64,000 nt of DNA from a virus (lineage: Duplodnaviria > Caudoviricetes): IMG/VR virus record IMGVR_UViG_3300022719_000071, positions 296,470 to 360,469 of that record; one strand, 5' to 3'. Both the position numbers and the translations under genes were made by a program. The notes below the pieces were generated by a model, which saw only the letters and a list, made by a program, of their open reading frames with translations, was not told the DNA's origin and ran no database searches. Of this stretch, positions 18,748 to 28,094 are shown in pieces (within the stretch, counting starts at the first letter, position 1; every line of letters begins with the position of its first letter).

Positions 18748-19086
18748 ATGCTAAACGAAGAACAGCTTCAGGAAGAGGTTACTATCACTGGTGGAACCGC
18801 ACTTATTCTACTACAGGTTGTGGCTCGTGTAGTCAGTCTTCAGAATGGACTCAAGGACGTTGAGCTAAAGCCAGTTGGCGACGCTCGTGAGAGCGTTGTG
18901 GCTGCGCTAGAGGCTGCTACTGGCGTCAACTTCGACCGTGCTCGTGCTCAGCAGCAGGCAGAGCTACAGCAGCGTATGGCTGCCGCCCGTGCTGCTCAGG
19001 CAAGACAGGAAGATGGTGACGAGGAGACCGATCCAGCCGCCGCTGCTGAAGAGGCAGGCGATGAAGAGACCGTAACGGTTAAGTAA
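18748..19086 (+). CDS. Hypothetical protein
   Basis: TAAATA (18705) and AGGAG RBS upstream. Confidence 0.65.
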   Translation: MLNEEQLQEEVTITGGTALILLQVVARVVSLQNGLKDVELKPVGDARESVVAALEAATGVNFDRARAQQQAELQQRMAAARAAQARQEDGDEETDPAAAAEEAGDEETVTVK

Positions 19087-19113
19087 GGTTCGATAACCAA
19101 CGGAGACAAGACA

Positions 19114-19878
19114 ATGATCAATCAAATTCCGAGGCATTTCGGACAAGTACGAGGAGAGGAGATAATAATCGCTGGTTACCATCGTTCTATGAACTCCTGC
19201 CTTATTGTCCGTTTGTCAAATCTACCACAGGATGAGGCTGCTAACCTACGTCAGATCGCAATGTCCAGCACGGCACAGAACCTAGACTATTTGGTTCCCA
19301 CGCTACGAGTGGAGGCGCACAAGTCTGGACAGGACTGGTTCACCTACCTTGTGACTAGACTTCAACGTGGAGACGGTTCTGTAATGAACATGCCACTGAA
19401 GGAAATAGAGGCGATGAATGAGAGCCAGAAGAGCTTCTTCAAGGGCTATGGCGAAGGAGTCGAGCCGAAGGGCGGTCCATCTCAGCGTGTGGGTAAAGAC
19501 ACCGAGTTCCGTACTCCACTGGTTGATATCAGAGGACAGCTTGTGACTGCCGAGGAGGAAGAGCAGCGTCCGAGGGCTCCAGCCAATTTGGCAGAAGCCC
19601 AACAGATTAATACAGCACCTACACCAGCCACGGATTCCGAAATGGCTCGTATGGTTGCTCAGCAAGGCGGTGGATCCTCATCCCAAGATCAGGTGAACCT
19701 AGCAATTCTGGAGACTCTGAAGAGTTTACAGGCTGGAATGCAGGAACTGTCCGCTGAGGTAAAGAAGCGTCCACGTAAGACCATTCGTCGTAAGACTCCA
19801 GTGCGTCGTAAAGCGGCTGCTTCTTCTGAGGAAACCACATCCGAACCACTAGCTGCTTATGGGGCTGAATCTGCTTAA
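19114..19878 (+). CDS. Hypothetical protein
   Basis: GGAG RBS, 254 aa. Confidence 0.7.
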   Translation: MINQIPRHFGQVRGEEIIIAGYHRSMNSCLIVRLSNLPQDEAANLRQIAMSSTAQNLDYLVPTLRVEAHKSGQDWFTYLVTRLQRGDGSVMNMPLKEIEAMNESQKSFFKGYGEGVEPKGGPSQRVGKDTEFRTPLVDIRGQLVTAEEEEQRPRAPANLAEAQQINTAPTPATDSEMARMVAQQGGGSSSQDQVNLAILETLKSLQAGMQELSAEVKKRPRKTIRRKTPVRRKAAASSEETTSEPLAAYGAESA

Positions 19879-19889
19879 ATATGGAAATA

Positions 19890-19933
19890 TGTTGTGAATA
19901 GTGTGTTATTGTAATAACACACTATTCACAACA
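19890..19933. repeat. 44-bp near-perfect palindrome between convergent genes
   Basis: TGTTGTGAATAGTGTGTTATT-GT-AATAACACACTATTCACAACA. Confidence 0.95.
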
Positions 19934-19965
19934 ATCGAGTAAGTTCAAAAACTTATGCTTTCCAA

Positions 19966-20355
19966 TCATCGATTAATAATAGACTTGTCTAGTTGATTGA
20001 TTGTGTCAGCACCAGCAACTTGAATGCCGCTGGTCGCTTGAAGGTATGCCTTCTCGATGCCATCAACTGGCTCGTGAATACCTATCACATGACGAAGATC
20101 AAATTTGACCTCATCCTTTGGATGGCTGAACGGACCACCGTACGGTGCAGCGTTTAGCTTTTGCTGAATGGGGTTATTTGGGGAAGGTCGAGAAGTTGGA
20201 TCAGCAGGCTCTGTTACGATTTGAAAAACCACTGGTCGGCTCACACTGACCGACCTGTCATCCACGGAGTCTATCTCCGCAGTTACCTGCAAACCAGAAA
20301 CAAGATCGAGTAGAACGATCTTGCCTTCGTACTTCTTTACGTCCGATGAGTACAT
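19966..20355 (-). CDS. Hypothetical protein, possible Sm/LSm-like fold
   Basis: GKIVLLDLVSGLQVTAEIDSVD...VSVSRP beta pattern; C-terminal YLQATSGI. Confidence 0.45.
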   Translation of the reverse strand: MYSSDVKKYEGKIVLLDLVSGLQVTAEIDSVDDRSVSVSRPVVFQIVTEPADPTSRPSPNNPIQQKLNAAPYGGPFSHPKDEVKFDLRHVIGIHEPVDGIEKAYLQATSGIQVAGADTINQLDKSIINR

Positions 20356-20390
20356 GTTACTATCCTGTCAGTTAGTGGGACAGGGATAAT

Positions 20391-20798
20391 TTAGGACTTC
20401 TTGCTTTCGTTTTCAAGGCTTTTGAACAGCTTGAACATTTCTTCTTCAGGAGATTTTCCGGTATTGATTACCACGGAACGAGCTTTGTCATCCCATATTA
20501 CTTTCATATCCGGAGTTTTTCTGTTAGTGATTTCCAATCCACCTATTCCATGTTTTTCTAACCATTTAGCAATAGGAGGGATGTTTCGTGAGTCATGAGC
20601 ACGGGCAGTGAAAATTTTAACTGTTTTTCCAGCATTCAACCAATCTTTGACTTTATTCAGCATATCTGGAACTGGCTCGCCAATAAATTCAGGATCAAAA
20701 TCTTCTTCGTAATCCATGGCCAGAGTTCCATCCAGATCAACAGCGATAGATTCGTCTTCTGTGAGAGATTGTTTATGAAACTCTTTATGATGTGTCAT
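20391..20798 (-). CDS. HAD-superfamily phosphatase (PNKP phosphatase-like)
   Basis: IAVDLDGTLA, IFTAR, IWDDKA; start at MTHHKEF preferred over track start 20876. Confidence 0.75.
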   Translation of the reverse strand: MTHHKEFHKQSLTEDESIAVDLDGTLAMDYEEDFDPEFIGEPVPDMLNKVKDWLNAGKTVKIFTARAHDSRNIPPIAKWLEKHGIGGLEITNRKTPDMKVIWDDKARSVVINTGKSPEEEMFKLFKSLENESKKS

Positions 20799-20920
20799 AC
20801 AAGGTACCATTCTGTTTATAGGTTCGAGCATATAGAGGGAGATATGGCAGAAGCGGATAGCTTCAGTGACATGCACATAATGAATATCAAGTATCAGCTA
20901 CAGAGACGTTGGCTATGGTC

Positions 20921-22270
20921 TTAACGCTTTAGGCTAGGACGATACTCAGTAATCTTTTTTGCTGGGATCTTCTGACCATCAACAAATACCTGCACCAAGT
21001 CAACACCAAATCCATACTCTTCCTGGATCTTGTTGCGAACCTGACGAGCAGCCATCATTTTATCTGTTGCCTGAGTGATAATCTCTAGATCAACAATATC
21101 CTCGTTCACACGCACACGAGCGCTGCAATCAAAGAACTCAAGTTTATCGAGATACTTGTTCTCGGCTAACTTCTCAATTTTCTTGAATGCGACACCCACG
21201 GTTTGAACGAACTGCTCACGGCTTTCGTATAGGCGATTGTAGCTCTCACGGCAAAGCTTACCGAAGCGCTGCATGGCAACCTTACGAAATTTCTCTGCTA
21301 GCTTAGGAGCGTGATTGTGACGTGCGTGAATAGACTCACGCATCAAGTTGATAAACTGACGGTCGCTTTTCCAAGCAACATCAGGAGTACGAGAGAACTC
21401 GACCTTGTATCCATGCTGCTCGTAGCTCTCAGCCATCTTCTGTAGAACGGAACGGCTAACAACCTCGAAGGCTGCCTTCTTCTTGCCATTCAAGGTAACG
21501 AGAACACCGGACTCAACTCCCTCGTATACGTTGGTTGCTCCATGTGTCTCCTTCTTAAACTCATGGGATCCCCACTTCATTGCGTCCTTTGGGGAACTTT
21601 CCTTACCTGGGGTACCAATCTGTTGGACCTTCTGGGAGTCCTTATTCCTAGCACCAACTGCATTGTTATTGGTCTTTGCAGAACGCTTGCCACCAGCACG
21701 AGTTGGGCCACCGGCCATCTTATCGTATGAACGCTTCTTAGGAGCGGCATCGCCACCTTCTTCATTGGTTGTACCGCCAGCACGACCGTGCTCCATGGAG
21801 TCTGTGTATTCTTCTGCGTAGTCTGCCTGTGGAATAGTAAAGATATCCTGGTTACCATCATCCTCAGTGTTGGCAACCTTACCCCAATTGTCACCAACCT
21901 GCTTTAGCTTAGTGGTCTGATTTGGCTTCATGCCAACTGAAGATGTAATCTTTGGAGACTTCTGATTTTCACCCTTGCTACCCATACCAGCAGTCTTACC
22001 GTGTGGCATAGAGTCAGTGTACTTCTCTGCAAAGTCTGCCTGTGGGAACAGGTCGTTGTCCTTTGGAGTAGCTACATCAGCGGTAAATTTTGGATCCTGA
22101 ACAATCTGAGTGATTTGGTCATGGCGCTCGGAACGAGAAACAGCGGAAGTTGGATTCTTGATTTCCTTCTTCCCCTTGTTTCGTAGCTTGAGCTTTGCTA
22201 CAGCAGCCTTCTTGACTTCATCAGCCTCCATCAGCTTGCTTTGTACTAGTTCTACAGACAGTCGGTTCAC
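20921..22270 (-). CDS. Probable virion/head protein with internal repeat
   Basis: TAAATA on minus strand at 22318-23; LME|A and VYE|G sites; PQADFAEKYTDSMPHG / PQADYAEEYTDSMEHG repeat. Confidence 0.6.
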   Translation of the reverse strand: MNRLSVELVQSKLMEADEVKKAAVAKLKLRNKGKKEIKNPTSAVSRSERHDQITQIVQDPKFTADVATPKDNDLFPQADFAEKYTDSMPHGKTAGMGSKGENQKSPKITSSVGMKPNQTTKLKQVGDNWGKVANTEDDGNQDIFTIPQADYAEEYTDSMEHGRAGGTTNEEGGDAAPKKRSYDKMAGGPTRAGGKRSAKTNNNAVGARNKDSQKVQQIGTPGKESSPKDAMKWGSHEFKKETHGATNVYEGVESGVLVTLNGKKKAAFEVVSRSVLQKMAESYEQHGYKVEFSRTPDVAWKSDRQFINLMRESIHARHNHAPKLAEKFRKVAMQRFGKLCRESYNRLYESREQFVQTVGVAFKKIEKLAENKYLDKLEFFDCSARVRVNEDIVDLEIITQATDKMMAARQVRNKIQEEYGFGVDLVQVFVDGQKIPAKKITEYRPSLKR

Positions 22271-22351
22271 TTGGATAACTCCCGGATTCGTGCTATGTTA
22301 CAATAAGCAGTCAATCATATTTACTGCTCAGTGAATTTCGCCGGAACACCT

Positions 22352-22897
22352 ATGACTACGAAACTGTACGAACTTGAAGACCGCATCGTAACCGATAAAG
22401 GTGAAGTAGTCGCCAAGTACGAACTTTTGGTCAAGAAAGCTTTATCCGGTGAAGTATTTACGGAACTACCAGCAGCACCCCATCCGGATATTGAACGCTA
22501 CAATTTGCGTTGCCCAGACAATGCCATTCCTCTGTGGCAAGATACCGGTGAAGACACACTAGAAGGTCCAGATCCAGATACTCATGACTGGACAATTCCT
22601 CAAGAATACATGGACCTCGATATCATAGAGTTAGCATCCGCTTGTTTGATTTCCAGAAAATTGACATCGGATCAATATGTAGAGCGTCTGACATGGGAAC
22701 TCAACGAAATGGATAAGAGGGATATGTTTCCTTTCATTCGTTGTCTTTTGTATGTGACAGAAGTGTTCAGACAAAATAACATAGTGTGGGGCATTGGTCG
22801 TGGTTCTTCCTGTGCATCTTTGGTGCTATACCTGCTAGGGATCAATAGGGTAGACCCCTGTAAATACGATATACCAGCGGAGGAATTCTTCAAATGA
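22352..22897 (+). CDS. dnaE: DNA polymerase III alpha (DnaE) N-terminal catalytic-domain fragment
   Basis: YVERLTWEL, WGIGRGSSCASLVLYLLGINRVDP; ends before the PDxDxD motif. Confidence 0.8.
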   Translation: MTTKLYELEDRIVTDKGEVVAKYELLVKKALSGEVFTELPAAPHPDIERYNLRCPDNAIPLWQDTGEDTLEGPDPDTHDWTIPQEYMDLDIIELASACLISRKLTSDQYVERLTWELNEMDKRDMFPFIRCLLYVTEVFRQNNIVWGIGRGSSCASLVLYLLGINRVDPCKYDIPAEEFFK

Positions 22898-23023
22898 ATG
22901 GCCATGATTGGATGGTGCAGTTCATGAAATAACGGAGATTTTCAACGCCAGATAAAAATTACCAATCTCTGTGATGTTCCAGAGATATACATTGAAGACT
23001 TCTTAGAATATGGAGCAAAAACT

Positions 23024-23341
23024 ATGATGAGCGCAACCCAAGAAGCCAAGATGAAGGCAGCGGAGATTCTAGATAAGAACCCTGGAAAAGTCTTCCGGGT
23101 AGCAATTTCTGGAGGGGGGTGTTCCGGTTTCCGTTACGGCTTTGAACTAACAGATCGTGAGGATGATGATATCATCGTAGCTGAAGACGGTGACCATGCT
23201 ATCGTAACTGACACCATCTCCATTCTGTATCTGGAAGGTGCGGTACTTGACTTCAAGAATGACCCATTCATGGCGGCATTCACTATCAATAACCCAAACG
23301 TCACGACCACTTGCGGCTGTGGCTCTAGCTTCGGAGTATGA
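23024..23341 (+). CDS. iscA: A-type Fe-S carrier (IscA/ErpA/HesB family)
   Basis: RVAISGGGCSGFRYGF; TCGCGSSF. Confidence 0.9.
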   Translation: MMSATQEAKMKAAEILDKNPGKVFRVAISGGGCSGFRYGFELTDREDDDIIVAEDGDHAIVTDTISILYLEGAVLDFKNDPFMAAFTINNPNVTTTCGCGSSFGV

Positions 23342-23405
23342 AAATATGATTATCGGTGGATGGGAAGACTAAATAAATGGTGCATCAACTCTAGGAGTAA
23401 ATGAT

Positions 23406-23912
23406 ATGCCACAAGGTTTTGTAACAACGGCACGAGGCGAGATCCTTAACATGGATCAATTGAAGACTCAAGCCAATCAACCCCTAATCAAGAAACGTGA
23501 AAGGGGAACTACTGTAAAGAAGTCTGTCCCTCCTCGTAAGCCTATCAATGTTCGTGGTTATCAACCACAGGCTGGTGAGGCTCAAACTCCAGAAGTTTCT
23601 GATGAAATTCTTGAGGCAATGGAGAGTAGGAAGGAGAAAACACCAAGCCGTACCATTCGGGCATCGTTCCCGGAGGACGGTGAGGCGAAGAATCTTGCTG
23701 ATGTTACCGGAATCAGAGTGAACAAGCCATCGGCTGCCACAAAAGCAAAGGTCAAAGCTGCATTGGATAATAATCAGCGTCCTGCGGAAGCATCTACCGA
23801 AGCTTTGGATGAAATCCTAGGAGATTTGGAAGAGACCAATCCAAAGGTAGTAAAGGCCGCTGAGGAAGAAGCGAAGACCACGGTACGTCGCACTCGTTCC
23901 AATAGGGAATAA
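23406..23912 (+). CDS. Hypothetical protein
   Basis: TAAATA and AGGAG upstream; TARGEILNMDQL. Confidence 0.7.
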   Translation: MPQGFVTTARGEILNMDQLKTQANQPLIKKRERGTTVKKSVPPRKPINVRGYQPQAGEAQTPEVSDEILEAMESRKEKTPSRTIRASFPEDGEAKNLADVTGIRVNKPSAATKAKVKAALDNNQRPAEASTEALDEILGDLEETNPKVVKAAEEEAKTTVRRTRSNRE

Positions 23913-23914
23913 TC

Positions 23915-24166
23915 ATGAGCAATATGATATTAGCTGGTGGGGAAATAACGATGCAACCACAACAGCAGATGATTCAACAAACCGGACAGTCCCATCAGCC
24001 AATTATCATCCAGCAAGTACAAGATAATACCGTGGTTTGGGTTACCGGTGTAGTGGTACCTCTGACCATCGCCATCATCGGATGGTGGCTCCAGCACAAG
24101 TGGCGGAAGCAAAATCCTGGAATGACTTTGACCTGGAAAAACATCAAGAAGTCCAAAGAAAAGTGA
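23915..24166 (+). CDS. Small membrane protein
   Basis: Single hydrophobic segment followed by basic tail. Confidence 0.55.
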   Translation: MSNMILAGGEITMQPQQQMIQQTGQSHQPIIIQQVQDNTVVWVTGVVVPLTIAIIGWWLQHKWRKQNPGMTLTWKNIKKSKEK

Positions 24167-24202
24167 TCTAGTTCACAGTCCGTGCTTTCTTAAAGAAAAT
24201 GC

Positions 24203-24231
24203 TTGACAACCCGCTCCTGAATCTGTATACT
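24203..24231 (+). promoter_or_regulatory. sigma70-like early promoter
   Basis: TTGACA-N17-TATACT. Confidence 0.85.
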
Positions 24232-24270
24232 TGTCTTTGTCAGGTGATATAACGATTCAGGAGACTATAC

Positions 24271-25950
24271 ATGGCCCTTTCCGACGCAATGATCAAGACC
24301 CGCACGGGTCTTGCTACCGCCTCCGACTACCAGATGGATATTTTCCGTCATGGTATCGAGGCCATCGAGGCATTCACCCAGCGCAAAACCGTGACCAACG
24401 CCGTGGTCCAGGCTGTCGCCGGTTCCGGCAAGACCACCACCATCGTGGCTTTCGCTAATCTCATCCCCACTTCGATGCAAGCGATCTTTCTCGCCTTCAA
24501 CAAGTCCATTGCCACCGAGCTTCAGCAGCGTCTGCCCCGTCATGTCGGCGCTCGCACGCTGAACAGCCTGGGCTTCGGCATCCTTCGCCGCTACGTCGAG
24601 GGTCTGGAGCAGTCGGGCACCATCACCGGTCTGGAGCCGGTGCGCTCCTGGACCGATGCCCGCAAGACCTGGAAGGTCATGCGTGACCTCTTCGACAAGA
24701 AGACTCTGAAGAACCACGGCAAGGACGTTGCCTTCCTGGTCGCCAAGGCCAAGAGCCTCGGTATTGTACCGGCTGAGCTTGAGGAGGCTGGCGAGATCGA
24801 TGGCGTCGAGTACCGCTCGGCCAACGGTCTGAAGGACACGGACGCCACCTGGAAGTCCATTCTCCTGCACTTCGGCCACACTGTACAGGTGCCGGATCAG
24901 ACGACCGTCTTCGATATGGTGCGCAAGACCCTGGTCGCTTCCATTCGCATGCTGACCCTGGTGGACTTCGATGACCAGAAGTACCTTCCGGTAATCATGT
25001 TCCCTAACGGTCGTGAGATGCTGGCGAAGAAGTTCGATGGCATCATCATCGATGAGGTCCAGGACGTGAATGCGGTGGATATCCTTCTCGTCAAGCTGAG
25101 CCTCAAGAAGAACGGTGTGGTCATGGGCGTCGGTGACACCAACCAGTCCATCTACGGCTTCCGTGGCGCTTCTGTTGATGCAATCGAGAAGTTCTCCGAT
25201 GCGTTCAACTGCATCGAGCTTCCCCTGAGCATCACCTACCGTTGCGCTCGCTCCATCGTGGAGGAGGCTCGTGCGGTGTACCCGACCATCGAGGCCGCTC
25301 CCAACGCTCCCGAGGGCGAGGTCGTGTACCAGAACGACGAGTACGACGCCACCATCTTCTCGGCTCGTGATGAGGATATGATTATTTGCCGCAACAACGC
25401 CCCCATCGTGGACTTCGCCTACAAGCTCATTCGGGCTCGTGTGCCGGTCTTCGTCAAGGGCCGTGACATTGGCAAGGGTCTCATTACCCTCATCGAGTCC
25501 ATGAAGTCCGACAACGTGGTGGACCTGAGCAGCAATCTGATGCTCTGGCAGGCGCAGCAGACTCAGATCATCCTGGACAACGATCCGGATGACCAGGAGG
25601 CTGTCCAGCGCATCGATGACCGCTATGAGACCCTGATGGTCTTCATCCGGGAGAACTCGGACGGTCGTGTGGACAGCGTGGTGGCCGAGATTGAGCGTTT
25701 GTTCAACACCAATTCGAACGACTCCAAGGAGAAGTTCGACATGAAGGGCAAGGTGGTGCTCTCCACGGTCCACAAGGCCAAGGGTCTAGAGGCTCGCCGG
25801 GTCTTCTTCCTGGACAGCCACCTTCTCTTCCCCCGCTGGGTGCAGCCGGGTACGTGGCAGGAGACTCAGGAGAAGAACCTGAAGTACGTTGCCATCACCC
25901 GTGCGAAGGAGACGCTGACCTACATCAACAGCAAGGGGCTCAAGGACTGA
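24271..25950 (+). CDS. Superfamily 1 (UvrD/Rep-like) helicase
   Basis: AVAGSGKTT, IIDEVQD, VGDTNQSIYGFRGA, TYRC, STVHKAKGLE, YVAITRAK. Confidence 0.92.
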   Translation: MALSDAMIKTRTGLATASDYQMDIFRHGIEAIEAFTQRKTVTNAVVQAVAGSGKTTTIVAFANLIPTSMQAIFLAFNKSIATELQQRLPRHVGARTLNSLGFGILRRYVEGLEQSGTITGLEPVRSWTDARKTWKVMRDLFDKKTLKNHGKDVAFLVAKAKSLGIVPAELEEAGEIDGVEYRSANGLKDTDATWKSILLHFGHTVQVPDQTTVFDMVRKTLVASIRMLTLVDFDDQKYLPVIMFPNGREMLAKKFDGIIIDEVQDVNAVDILLVKLSLKKNGVVMGVGDTNQSIYGFRGASVDAIEKFSDAFNCIELPLSITYRCARSIVEEARAVYPTIEAAPNAPEGEVVYQNDEYDATIFSARDEDMIICRNNAPIVDFAYKLIRARVPVFVKGRDIGKGLITLIESMKSDNVVDLSSNLMLWQAQQTQIILDNDPDDQEAVQRIDDRYETLMVFIRENSDGRVDSVVAEIERLFNTNSNDSKEKFDMKGKVVLSTVHKAKGLEARRVFFLDSHLLFPRWVQPGTWQETQEKNLKYVAITRAKETLTYINSKGLKD

Positions 25951-26022
25951 GCCCCCAGGCTCCTCTAAAATCAACAGCAGGGGGCTCAAGGACTGAGCCC
26001 CCAGACTCCTCTAAAATCAACA
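25924..26022 (+). repeat. 46-bp tandem duplication containing hairpin, spanning the helicase stop
   Basis: ATCAACAGCA(A/G)GGGGCTCAAGGACTGAGCCCCCAG(G/A)CTCCTCTAAA x2. Confidence 0.9.
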
Positions 26023-26103
26023 CGAGGAACACTATCATGACCACGTTGACTCGTTTTACGGCACGCCGATGACGCAGACGACCTGAACACCGAGGATTAA
26101 AAT

Positions 26104-26343
26104 ATGAACTTTGAAGACAAATACATCCTGGATCTGTGCGTGAAATATGGCGGCGCCCAGATGAAGTGCCTCCGAATCGAGAGCGAGGTCAAGCGTCTGG
26201 CTGCCGAGGGTAACCACAAGAAGAAGAACAAGATCATCCATACGCAGGGTCAAACCGCCAGTACCGCCAGAAATGAAGCCCTGCGAAGGTTGGTGGAGCT
26301 ACTGGACCAAGAGGCCGAGAAAATCCTGAATCATATTTCCTGA
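26104..26343 (+). CDS. Hypothetical protein
   Basis: GAGG RBS, 79 aa. Confidence 0.55.
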   Translation: MNFEDKYILDLCVKYGGAQMKCLRIESEVKRLAAEGNHKKKNKIIHTQGQTASTARNEALRRLVELLDQEAEKILNHIS

Positions 26344-26376
26344 CCGAAGTCTCGCCTGACAACTTGACTTCGACTT

Positions 26377-26404
26377 GACGGGGCCTCACGGCCCCGTCCC
26401 TTTT
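26377..26404 (+). terminator. Intrinsic terminator
   Basis: GACGGGGCC-TCAC-GGCCCCGTC then CCTTTT. Confidence 0.75.
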
Positions 26405-26408
26405 GGTA

Positions 26409-26438
26409 TTGACTAATTATTTGTCAGAGCATATCTTC
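26409..26438 (+). promoter_or_regulatory. sigma70-like promoter
   Basis: TTGACT-N18-TATCTT. Confidence 0.5.
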
Positions 26439-26466
26439 TCCTTATCGACACCGATAAGGAGGTATC

Positions 26467-26931
26467 ATGACTGATTCACTAGTAGGCATTCGTGCCGTCC
26501 AGGATTACATTCTGGTCATCATCTATGATGATGGTAACAAGGAAATCACCCTGCCCGATGGACGTAAGCTCGTGGTCGGTCTCACCGATATCAATCTCGA
26601 CGCACACAACAGCGCCGACAGCACCCACCCCGGTCTGAGACCTCGCTGGGCGCTCGTGGCGAGCGTAAATGACCGTGCCAAGCAGTTGGGTATTGAGCTA
26701 GGAGATAAGGTGCTCTGCGAGCAGCTAGAATGGTCTCGTGGCTTCCACTTCGATATGTCTGGTCGCCGTTTGTGGAGAATCCCTGCTGATAAGATCTTGG
26801 CCATCGATAAGGACGGTCTGGATGACGATGAAGCTGAAACCGTGGGTTTGTGGTTCGCAGCCGATGAGCGATACGAGGACAAGATGCTGGAAGTTCTGGC
26901 AGAACTTGCTGAAGAAAAAAGTGATGAGTGA
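26467..26931 (+). CDS. GroES-like co-chaperonin
   Basis: IRAVQDYILV, mobile-loop-like ITLPDGRKLVVG, IELGDKVL, DKILAI. Confidence 0.65.
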   Translation: MTDSLVGIRAVQDYILVIIYDDGNKEITLPDGRKLVVGLTDINLDAHNSADSTHPGLRPRWALVASVNDRAKQLGIELGDKVLCEQLEWSRGFHFDMSGRRLWRIPADKILAIDKDGLDDDEAETVGLWFAADERYEDKMLEVLAELAEEKSDE

Positions 26932-27883
26932 CAAAGCTCTTTGGTATGAAAAGTACCGACCGCAGAAGTTAGACGAATACGTCTGGACCGATGCGGAAGT
27001 ACGTGATCGCATAAAGTTTTGGGTCAACGATCCAGACAAGATGCCTCACATGATTCTGGAGGGTCCACCGGGTACCGGTAAGACCAGTATGGCTCTACTC
27101 CTGATCTCAGAGCTTAGGCTTGACACCTACGACTACCTGTTCATCAACACGAACAAGCATTCCGGTGTTGAAGCTATTCGAGAGACCGTGACCAACTTCT
27201 GTGAGACCGGAGGTTTCTCAGGAATGAAAATCGTGGTGATTGATGAGGCTGATGGTTTGAGCATCGCTGCCCAGGACAAGCTGAGAGGCGTCATAAACGA
27301 CTATGGTGACTATGTGCGGTTCGTGTTCACTTGTAACAAGATCCGGGCTCTCAGTGACGCTCTGAAGTCCAGAGCACGGGTATTCACGCTACGTGCCCTA
27401 GACGTGGACGAGTTCATTGCCAGATTGCTCCACATTGCTCAAGCCGAGAAGGTGGTGGAAAAGGATCCCACCGAGAAGGAATTCGACGTGTTGGGTCAAA
27501 TCACTGAGGATACCTATCCAGATCTGCGTCGGGCTATAGATTTGCTTCAGGACTGCACTAGTGGTAAGGAGCTAACCTCTCCGAAGAAGGTAAACAATGA
27601 TAGTGCAGAGTGGCAGAGTTCTATGGCGAGCGTCGTTCTATCCAGTGGCGATGCAAACCAAGTGCGTGAGCTTGTTTCTTCAATGCGTAAGGATGAGATC
27701 GAGGAGGCGTATAGATACCTCTACGAAAAGTCCAACGATTTATTCGAGCAAGCAAATAAAGAACAAGCTGCGGTCATATTGGTAGCCGAGTACCTTGGTA
27801 GACATTCCACATCGGCTTTTCCTGAAATCAATCTAGCTGGGTTGTTAAACAAGCTGTCCATGTTACAGGCTATGGATAGTTGA
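26924..27883 (+). CDS. Sliding-clamp loader AAA+ subunit (RFC small / T4 gp44-like)
   Basis: LWYEKYRP, GPPGTGKTS, IDEADGLS..AQ, DLRRAI; ATG at 26924. Confidence 0.92.
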   Translation: MSDKALWYEKYRPQKLDEYVWTDAEVRDRIKFWVNDPDKMPHMILEGPPGTGKTSMALLLISELRLDTYDYLFINTNKHSGVEAIRETVTNFCETGGFSGMKIVVIDEADGLSIAAQDKLRGVINDYGDYVRFVFTCNKIRALSDALKSRARVFTLRALDVDEFIARLLHIAQAEKVVEKDPTEKEFDVLGQITEDTYPDLRRAIDLLQDCTSGKELTSPKKVNNDSAEWQSSMASVVLSSGDANQVRELVSSMRKDEIEEAYRYLYEKSNDLFEQANKEQAAVILVAEYLGRHSTSAFPEINLAGLLNKLSMLQAMDS

Positions 27884-27893
27884 GGTACGTGAT

Positions 27894-28094
27894 ATGAGCA
27901 AGCCAGGACAGAACAAGGGAGAGCATAATTTTAAGGCGAAGTTGACTGAAACTCAGGTCAAGGAAATCTTCCTTGATGATACTCACACGCAAGAGCAACT
28001 GGCGTTGAAGTACAACGTAACTCAAAGCACCATCAATCATATCAAGAAAGGGAGGACTTGGGCATGGCTAACGGCAAAAATAAAACAGTCCTAG
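27894..28094 (+). CDS. Stand-alone HTH resembling the C-terminal DNA-binding domain of HNH endonucleases
   Basis: AKLTETQVKEI...QLALKYNVTQSTINHIKKGRTW. Confidence 0.65.
   Translation: MSKPGQNKGEHNFKAKLTETQVKEIFLDDTHTQEQLALKYNVTQSTINHIKKGRTWAWLTAKIKQS

Noticed and set aside
19890-19933. Definite protelomerase tel site
   Set aside because: No protelomerase gene in the window and the centre is imperfect; kept only as a possibility
22900-23023. In-frame TGA upstream of iscA as selenocysteine or read-through
   Set aside because: No redox motif context or recognisable SECIS; IscA is complete from 23024
24265-25773. Long antisense ORFs (also 10596-11435, 61690-62931 and similar)
   Set aside because: Shadow frames of strongly codon-biased sense genes, with no motifs or RBS
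27894-28094. Active HNH homing endonuclease
   Set aside because: Only the HTH portion is present; no HNH catalytic residues
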